From: Candidatus Amesbacteria bacterium
GTDB taxonomy: Bacteria; Patescibacteriota; Microgenomatia; CAZETR01; Amesbacteraceae
DNA: 64,000 bases
Assembly (NCBI GenBank): GCA_027371535.1
Contig: DAHXMV010000001.1
Coordinates: 32,879 to 96,878 of the forward strand
Direction of reading: 5' to 3'
The translations under genes and the position numbers were made by a program. This document shows, piece by piece, positions 57,451 to 64,000 of this stretch; position 1 is the first letter of the stretch, and each line of letters starts with the position of its first letter. A model generated the notes under the pieces. It searched no databases. It was not told the origin of the DNA and saw only the letters and a program-made list of their open reading frames with translations.

Positions 57451-58653
57451 CTAAGGTTTTGCCTTTTCCAACAAACCAGCTGCAAACCAGATAACAGGCA
57501 GATTAATAAAAATAGTCATACGACGGACGGCATCCGGAATCCCCTGATAATACCCGGGTATCTGGCGGGAAAAAATGTAAGTTCCAATTAATAACACCAG
57601 GCTGCAGCCGGTATAAAATAACGGCCAGTACCAGTCGGCACGCCGGTTAAACAAGCCGTAAATAAATAAACCGGCAAAAATAACGGTGTATGGTAAATAA
57701 TATTGATAGACTGCCCATTTCAGGTAACCGGCTACCGGGCGGATTGCGGGAATAAAGCAAATTACAAAAAACATGATAAAGGCTAAGACGGCCAGGATCT
57801 TAGCGTTTTTACGGATGAGCGGTAATGCCAGCAACATGAGGGTCAGACTGACCAGGGCAAAAGGAAAAAGCCTGACCCAGAAAGTGGCCAGGGAGAAAAT
57901 CAAACCCATTAATAAATCGGGAAAATATTTTGTCCGCGTCCAAAAAAATATATATACCGCCCCGAGAATTAAAAATACCGCATAGGGCAGGTTGGTATAA
58001 GCAATAAAGGAATTTTCAAATACCTTCGGCGCCAAAATACAGGCCAGGGAAACCAAGGCGGAAATCCCGGGCCGGTTAAATCTGCGGAACAGGAAATAGA
58101 TACCGGCAGCCAGGGAGAAAGTGAACAAGGGATATACCGGCATAGCCGTCCAAAGTCCGTTTGCATAAACCCAGTAATGGAGCAACGAGGTATACATGGG
58201 ATAACCCGGCATATTTACCCAAGCCAGAGCCGTTTTGATATCACCGGTATGCAGCATGATCCGGGCGCGGAAATCATATAAAGTCACTGCGTCCCAGTCC
58301 GTGACCGGATAAAAACAACTGGTAATTTCCCCGATTAATATGAATGAAAGGATAAGCACCAGAAACCGGTGCCGCTTAAATGAAAAATCGGGCAGCCCGA
58401 ATTCCCAATGCCGGTTCAGGAAAAATAAAACCAGGGCGGAAACCGAATATATTCCCCAGATAACGGCCAAGTTCAGCGCCCCGCCCAAATAATAGTTATA
58501 GAAATAAATCAGGAGGGTCATGAGGAGGCTGCCGGAAAGCCAGGATAAGGCCAAGGCCACGGAGACAGGCCGCCGGCCCATTATGAGACGGTTTAAAAGA
58601 AAGCCGGGCAGAGCCAGGGAAATTAAGGCGATAAATCCGAACAGGTTTAACAT
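57451..58653 (-). CDS. Multi-TM protein, GT-C-like
   Basis: WDAVTLYDFRAR, YP, YTNLP; about 11 TM segments. Confidence 0.7.
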   Translation of the reverse strand: MLNLFGFIALISLALPGFLLNRLIMGRRPVSVALALSWLSGSLLMTLLIYFYNYYLGGALNLAVIWGIYSVSALVLFFLNRHWEFGLPDFSFKRHRFLVLILSFILIGEITSCFYPVTDWDAVTLYDFRARIMLHTGDIKTALAWVNMPGYPMYTSLLHYWVYANGLWTAMPVYPLFTFSLAAGIYFLFRRFNRPGISALVSLACILAPKVFENSFIAYTNLPYAVFLILGAVYIFFWTRTKYFPDLLMGLIFSLATFWVRLFPFALVSLTLMLLALPLIRKNAKILAVLAFIMFFVICFIPAIRPVAGYLKWAVYQYYLPYTVIFAGLFIYGLFNRRADWYWPLFYTGCSLVLLIGTYIFSRQIPGYYQGIPDAVRRMTIFINLPVIWFAAGLLEKAKP

Positions 58654-58657
58654 ATTT

Positions 58658-59362
58658 TCAGGTTCGGGGGATGATTAAGCCCCAGGGATGCCGGGCCTGC
58701 CATTCGCCGGGGTTCCAATTCCGGCCCGGATACTCCACTCCCCTGCCGGAGACCCAGTCATAAATAATGATTTTTTTGGCCGGCAGGGAAAAATCCGGCC
58801 AGAGGCGATACCCGGCTCCGTCGGCTTCAGAAGAAATCATAATAAACGCCGAACCGGTCGCCATATGGGTAACCACAGCCGGATAAAGGAAACTGGCAGC
58901 CATATAGGTATCGCCGGTGTGGCGCCAGGGAAGTGACATCGGAGGAATGGCAACTTTTACCCCCGGCGGGTTTTTAATATAACTTTGGACAAAATCCAGG
59001 AATTTATAGTCACTGCCATAGGCGGTATCCATAGCTTTGGCAGTGATATAACCCGGACCACGGGCAGCTAAAGCGGTTCTGGCCAATACGTTACCCATGG
59101 CTGACAAGCCGGAAGGAATAGAAACCAGACAGAATAACAACAGCAGAATAACAACCGGGGTTTTGAGCCCGGCTGCCCGGGTGCGGAAAAATACGTAAAT
59201 CGCCGTAATAAGCCCGGGTATAACGGCAGTCCTGTAAGGGTCCAGGTGAAAACGGGCAAAAACATAATTGGGATAATTGAAAAATTCCAGATAAAAGGCG
59301 TAGATCCAAAATATGGAGGTAAAAACAGCCGGAAGTAAAAAGTACCAATTTCTCCTCACCAA
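58658..59362 (-). CDS. Membrane hypothetical protein (3 TM plus soluble domain)
   Basis: 234-aa ORF at the operon head; TAAAAT just upstream. Confidence 0.7.
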   Translation of the reverse strand: MVRRNWYFLLPAVFTSIFWIYAFYLEFFNYPNYVFARFHLDPYRTAVIPGLITAIYVFFRTRAAGLKTPVVILLLLFCLVSIPSGLSAMGNVLARTALAARGPGYITAKAMDTAYGSDYKFLDFVQSYIKNPPGVKVAIPPMSLPWRHTGDTYMAASFLYPAVVTHMATGSAFIMISSEADGAGYRLWPDFSLPAKKIIIYDWVSGRGVEYPGRNWNPGEWQARHPWGLIIPRT

Positions 59363-59396
59363 CCTATTTTAGCCTGAAAACTGGTAAAATTAACAT

Positions 59397-60170
59397 GTGA
59401 AGTTTTCCATTATCACACCTTCTTTTAATCAGGGGCCATTCTTAGGGGAAACTATTGACAGCGTGATAGGACAAACAGGTAGTTTTCGGATTGAATACTT
59501 TGTCATGGACGGGGGGTCGACAGACAATACGGTTGAGATACTAAAACAGACTGAAAAAGCCCTGAAAAATAATCCCCGGATCAAATTTTACTGGCAGAGC
59601 AGGAAAGACAAAGGCCAGGTTGATGCCATTAACCAGGGTCTAAAAAAAACTACCGGCGATATAGTGGCTTACATTAATTCTGATGATTATTATCTTCCAG
59701 GTGCTTTTTCCCAAATCAAAGAATACTTTGATTTGCATCCTGATAAATTGTGGGTGGCTGGTGACTGTAAAGTGACAGACAGAAGGCTTACCTGGACATT
59801 TTTCTTAAAACATATCTGGCCCGTGGATAAATTCGGTTGGGCTTTACCCGTATTTAACACAATTAATCAACCGGCAGTATTTCTACGCAGCTGCCTGACA
59901 GAGAAAACGGGTGTATTTAATATCACCTACACATATGCATTTGATTATGACTACTGGCTAAGGTGCTGCCGATCCGGTTTACCGGGGAGAATTAACACTG
60001 AACTGGCAGTTTTCCGGATTCATCCGGAATCCAAGGGCAATACCGGTTACATTAAGCAGTTTGGCGAAGATACGGAAGTTGTAAATAAATATACCCAAAA
60101 CCGACTGATAAAGATTGTGCATAAATTTGGCAGATTACTGGTTAACCTCAGTTATAGATACCTGAAGTGA
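59397..60170 (+). CDS. Glycosyltransferase family 2 (WcaE-like)
   Basis: SIITPSFNQ, DGGSTD, AINQG, INSDD, DYDYWLR. Confidence 0.92.
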   Translation: MKFSIITPSFNQGPFLGETIDSVIGQTGSFRIEYFVMDGGSTDNTVEILKQTEKALKNNPRIKFYWQSRKDKGQVDAINQGLKKTTGDIVAYINSDDYYLPGAFSQIKEYFDLHPDKLWVAGDCKVTDRRLTWTFFLKHIWPVDKFGWALPVFNTINQPAVFLRSCLTEKTGVFNITYTYAFDYDYWLRCCRSGLPGRINTELAVFRIHPESKGNTGYIKQFGEDTEVVNKYTQNRLIKIVHKFGRLLVNLSYRYLK

Positions 60171-61318
60171 ATCAAAAAACAATCATATTTCTCCATCCCC
60201 ATTTTATGAAGCCCGGGGGGGCTTCGAGAGTTGTATTGGAACAAGCATCCGGATTGACTCGGAGGGGGTTGGATTGTGTAATTATTACTACAAAAGCAAG
60301 TCAGGAAGTTATTAAAGGTTATCCTCTGGTTAAAATTAAACAATTATCTAAATTTATTACCGGAGATATTACTTTTTGGCTCCTGTTTGTCGGATTTTAT
60401 AGAAAAATGAAAAAGGAACTGGGATTAATGGAAAACAAGATACTTTACTGCCATTCACTGGCAATATATTGGGGCTGGATTTACAAAGTTTTTAACCCCG
60501 GAGTGGCCTCAGTTTATTACATCCACGATTTAGGTTTACCATTTACCGATTCAGACGCAGAGTTATCAAGTCTGAGGTTAATCCCAAGAAAAATTGCAGA
60601 AATACTCCGGCCGGTTTTCAGGCTGATTAATAGCTCTGTAATTAAATCGGCCGACTATATTGTGGCGAACAGCCAAGCATCAGCAAATTATTTATTTAGC
60701 CACTACCGACGAAAAGCCGATGTTTTGGTTACCCCCGGGGTGAATACAAATACATTCACTACCGGTAAAAGTAAGCGTGACCAAATAATTTCCGTCGGAA
60801 GATTGGACAAGATTAAAAATACCGATGTGGCTATTAAAGCCTTTGCAATATTTACCCTGCGTAATCCCGAAAATAAAACCCAGCTGATTCTGGCGGGAGA
60901 AGGCAAAGAAAAGGAGTCTTTAATCGGGCTGGCAAAAAACTTATCTATACGGGACAGAGTGACTTTCGCAGGCCAAATAAGCCTGAAAGATATACCCCGG
61001 TATTATTCCCAAAGCAAACTGTGTCTGGCAATGTGTCCGGTTGAAGCATTTGGATTATCGGCAGCCGAGTCCATCTGCAGCGGTACCCCAGTCATCGGCA
61101 TAAATCAAAACGGAATTAAAGAGATAGTTAAAAATAATATTGACGGTGTATTAGCAGATAACACTGTGGAAAACGTAGCCGAGGCGATCGAAAAATGTTT
61201 ATCAAAAACCAATTTCCTCAATAAATTAACGCGTAATATATCCCAAAAAATCCGTATGGAATTGGATACAGAAATACAATTAAAGAAGCTGTATAGCTTC
61301 TTTCTCGCGATTAAATAA
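60167..61318 (+). CDS. Glycosyltransferase family 4
   Basis: GGA.R, VGRLDKIKN, EAFGLSAAESI..GTPVI. Confidence 0.88.
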   Translation: MNQKTIIFLHPHFMKPGGASRVVLEQASGLTRRGLDCVIITTKASQEVIKGYPLVKIKQLSKFITGDITFWLLFVGFYRKMKKELGLMENKILYCHSLAIYWGWIYKVFNPGVASVYYIHDLGLPFTDSDAELSSLRLIPRKIAEILRPVFRLINSSVIKSADYIVANSQASANYLFSHYRRKADVLVTPGVNTNTFTTGKSKRDQIISVGRLDKIKNTDVAIKAFAIFTLRNPENKTQLILAGEGKEKESLIGLAKNLSIRDRVTFAGQISLKDIPRYYSQSKLCLAMCPVEAFGLSAAESICSGTPVIGINQNGIKEIVKNNIDGVLADNTVENVAEAIEKCLSKTNFLNKLTRNISQKIRMELDTEIQLKKLYSFFLAIK

Positions 61319-61335
61319 ATATTTATCAGAATATT

Positions 61336-63519
61336 ATGGACATGCTGATTTCATTATCCATTTTATCCGGACTCCTGCTTTTCGCTTTCCCACTGTTCCT
61401 TTTGATAAATAAATATTCCGGAATGGACTATTTACATTGCTTGTCTACCGCTTTACTTTGTTCACCCCTGGTACTTTCCCTGATACTATACAGCCTTTAT
61501 TATGTATTTCCGGGATTTCCCCCTCATTTTTATTTAACAGTATTGTTTTTAACCGCGTTTATACTACCGGTATTTTTGATATATAAAGCTGAATTTACAC
61601 TGCCTGCATTTAAGCCTTCTCTTTTATTAAATAAATTTGAATCCCTGTCATTATTATCAAAGACCGTTTTGTTATTTACCTTTTTGATTTTTATCCTATG
61701 CGGGTTAAGGATATTATTCTGGCCGATAAACTGGGATGACCAAATCTACTATATAGAGCAATCCTACGCTTTTGGCAGCCAGAGATCTGTAAGCGAGTTC
61801 TTTAACTGGGGTTTTTTTGATAACGGGGTGCTTAAATACCAATACAACCCGGCAATCAGACCGGCCATTCCCATATTGTATTCCATAGCGTCCTTATTTT
61901 CCCGAAATTTATCGGCCAACATCTTATTGTCCAAGGTCATAACCGGTTATTTTACCTTGGTGTTCATTATGGTGATATGGGTTATGGCTAAACGGATACA
62001 AAAGGATGCAAATCCGGATACTTTGCTAGTTGGCCTTTTTCTGATATTCACCACTTATCTATTCGTCAATTTAACCGTACTGGGGTTTAAGGAGCTGCCA
62101 TTGTTATGCCTGGCTTTACTGATAATAGACAAAATTACTTCCAGTGATAAAGGCAGCCGTTATAGTTACGGAATATATATCGGAATTCTGCTCGGATTGA
62201 TGTCATTTATTAATTTAAGCGGGACCGTTTTGGCTTCGATTTTAATTTTAATGACATTTTTTTCCCGAAAATTAAATAAAAAACTCCTGATTTCACAATA
62301 TCCGTTAATGTTAATTTCCATTTTAATCAGCAGCGGAATGGAATTTAGTTACTTTTTCGCCTGGGTACTATCAGGCGGTTCAAAAGAAACCAATGTAATA
62401 TCATTATTAATCGGAAAATTTTCCACTGCAACCAATTTAGCTTCATTTGAACAAACATTTTTAAGCGTATCCAGCCCAACCCAGGCAAATATGCAGGAGT
62501 ATGCCAGTTACAATATCAATTCAGCAATCGACGCCTACACAAAAGGGAAATTACAGGGATTCTTTCAGTTGGAGTACTACGGAATTATATTTTTAGTGTT
62601 TTTAATAGTTCTGGTCTTCAGATATAAATATCTTATAACAAACACCATAACAAAATATCTACTTATTTTTCTGGGATTGTATTATCTGATTATTTTAGAT
62701 ATTTTTGGGATTAACAGAAATAAATTCGCTTATGTCATGACTGTCAGCCATAAGTATACGGTTTTAATCGTGCCGATTATCGCCCTGATAATTGTCAGCC
62801 AGTGGGCATGGCTGAAGAATAAATTTGCCGGTATTAATCTTAAAATATTTTCAATCCTGAATTTACTGACCTTGCTGTTAATTATTCTCCTGAAGTTCTC
62901 AAACTATACACCGGTAATGTTATTTGTTAACCATCTAATTCCCGTTCATAATTCACCCCTATATTATTACCAGCTCGTAGAAAAGACTTTTTCTTCTCTT
63001 GCCTTCAGTTGTGGTATCCTCGTTCTACTTATTGGTATTAGTGTTGTAGTCTTTAAAGAAAAAGTCAGTAATTATTGGAAAACCAATAATTTATCGGGGA
63101 TTTTTATAATCCTAATTGCGTTTATGTTTCCATTTCTGATTTTATTTAATTCAAATTTCGGCATCAAAGTGACTTTATTAAATTCATTCTCGGACAACGA
63201 ATATAAATTGGCTCATATTATAGGCTGGGAAGATAGGTATACAATGATAAATTTTATGAACAAACTGCCAAAGAAGTCGAAGATTTTGTTTTATAACCAA
63301 AATTATGAATTATACGAAATCCATCTTAATATCCCGTCTAAGAACATTTACGCGGTAAGTACTGACAAACAAAACGCCGATATATTAATTAAAATCGATA
63401 ATGCCATCAAAGAAGCTAATATTAAATATTTGCTCATTAATACCGGCCAAAACATATTTCCGAAAAAGACACCTATTTACGGGAATAAAACGCTCAGTCT
63501 TTTTTCCATCGGCGAATAA
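61336..63519 (+). CDS. Large multi-TM protein, GT-C-like
   Basis: PINWDDQIYY loop after the TM block; many TM segments; AT-rich. Confidence 0.7.
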   Translation: MDMLISLSILSGLLLFAFPLFLLINKYSGMDYLHCLSTALLCSPLVLSLILYSLYYVFPGFPPHFYLTVLFLTAFILPVFLIYKAEFTLPAFKPSLLLNKFESLSLLSKTVLLFTFLIFILCGLRILFWPINWDDQIYYIEQSYAFGSQRSVSEFFNWGFFDNGVLKYQYNPAIRPAIPILYSIASLFSRNLSANILLSKVITGYFTLVFIMVIWVMAKRIQKDANPDTLLVGLFLIFTTYLFVNLTVLGFKELPLLCLALLIIDKITSSDKGSRYSYGIYIGILLGLMSFINLSGTVLASILILMTFFSRKLNKKLLISQYPLMLISILISSGMEFSYFFAWVLSGGSKETNVISLLIGKFSTATNLASFEQTFLSVSSPTQANMQEYASYNINSAIDAYTKGKLQGFFQLEYYGIIFLVFLIVLVFRYKYLITNTITKYLLIFLGLYYLIILDIFGINRNKFAYVMTVSHKYTVLIVPIIALIIVSQWAWLKNKFAGINLKIFSILNLLTLLLIILLKFSNYTPVMLFVNHLIPVHNSPLYYYQLVEKTFSSLAFSCGILVLLIGISVVVFKEKVSNYWKTNNLSGIFIILIAFMFPFLILFNSNFGIKVTLLNSFSDNEYKLAHIIGWEDRYTMINFMNKLPKKSKILFYNQNYELYEIHLNIPSKNIYAVSTDKQNADILIKIDNAIKEANIKYLLINTGQNIFPKKTPIYGNKTLSLFSIGE

Positions 63520-64000
63520 AATACATGGCTAACTCTTTCCAGAGCACATAATTATTCCTTTGGGTAAAATCATCAGCTACCCGGTTCCGAAAAATATTTT
63601 TTGGGTGCACTAACGGAAAATCAATTTTTTTTACCTCCAAATTTGAGAATATACTCCTGAATTTAGTATGCGTGGCATCCGGCCTGCCAAAGCCGATGTT
63701 TTCGACCAAATTATCATTCGGAATTATCCCCAGCATTATATTTTTCCACATCATCCAGTTCCACTGGTAATCCCAGGCGGTACTATTCTTACCGGAACGG
63801 ATACCGTTAAATATCAGTTTCCAATAAAACCTTTCCGGCCAATTTTTGAATACCACACCCAAAACCCGGTCAGATTTTTCCTGATAATCGGTAATGTTTA
63901 TGTTGTAGAGTTTCCAGGCCCGTCTCCAGGTAGCCCAGCCGCAGGAATGGCTGTATCGGGAAAAATAGTAACTCCCCTCCCCCCGCTTCCGGCCAAACTG
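63494..64000 (-). CDS. Nucleotide-diphospho-sugar transferase (HlpA-like GT-A), 5' partial
   Basis: Frame is open to the window end: FSRY...GWATWRRAW, WDYQW, NLVENIGFG..ATHT. Confidence 0.8.
   Translation of the reverse strand, partial: QFGRKRGEGSYYFSRYSHSCGWATWRRAWKLYNINITDYQEKSDRVLGVVFKNWPERFYWKLIFNGIRSGKNSTAWDYQWNWMMWKNIMLGIIPNDNLVENIGFGRPDATHTKFRSIFSNLEVKKIDFPLVHPKNIFRNRVADDFTQRNNYVLWKELAMYFIRRWKKD

Noticed and set aside
1-64000. Alternative genetic code (TGA=Gly as in Gracilibacteria/Absconditabacteria)
   Set aside because: Conserved genes such as ftsZ, ftsA and rpmA end at TGA at their expected C-termini and have no in-frame TGA.

Overview
Compact, gene-dense bacterial DNA in the standard genetic code (TGA is used as a stop). 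Gene content, short intergenic spaces, near-leaderless genes, the alpha2-type GlyRS, short RecO and DUF4012 protein point to a Patescibacteria (CPR) genome, probably Microgenomates-like; this is an inference. The window holds: (i) an MFS transporter, tRNA-Thr(CGT) and a first surface-glycan cluster with an AT-rich insert that ends inside a Kelch/alpha-beta-hydrolase gene; (ii) tRNA-Val(CAC), lepB, parB, rpmA, rplU, rodA, ileS; (iii) a reduced dcw cluster (mraZ-rsmH-ftsL-ftsI-dgkA-mraY-ftsW-murG-ftsQ-ftsA-ftsZ, no mur ligases); (iv) a three-gene surface-protein locus between glyQS and recO; (v) a glycan-synthesis region of about 25 kb with many GT2, GT4 and GT-C genes. The most notable signals are strong over-representation of CCGG in host-like DNA, which exposes apparent cassette swaps with boundaries inside genes; a candidate polymorphic tripartite surface locus preceded by a promoter, structured leader and terminator; an MraY with degenerate catalytic motifs; a Cys-nucleophile hydrolase; and an IleRS2 with a GVHH motif. 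No CRISPR array, rRNA, transposase, integrase or reverse transcriptase was seen. All counts were done by eye and all family calls come from motif recognition, not database searches.
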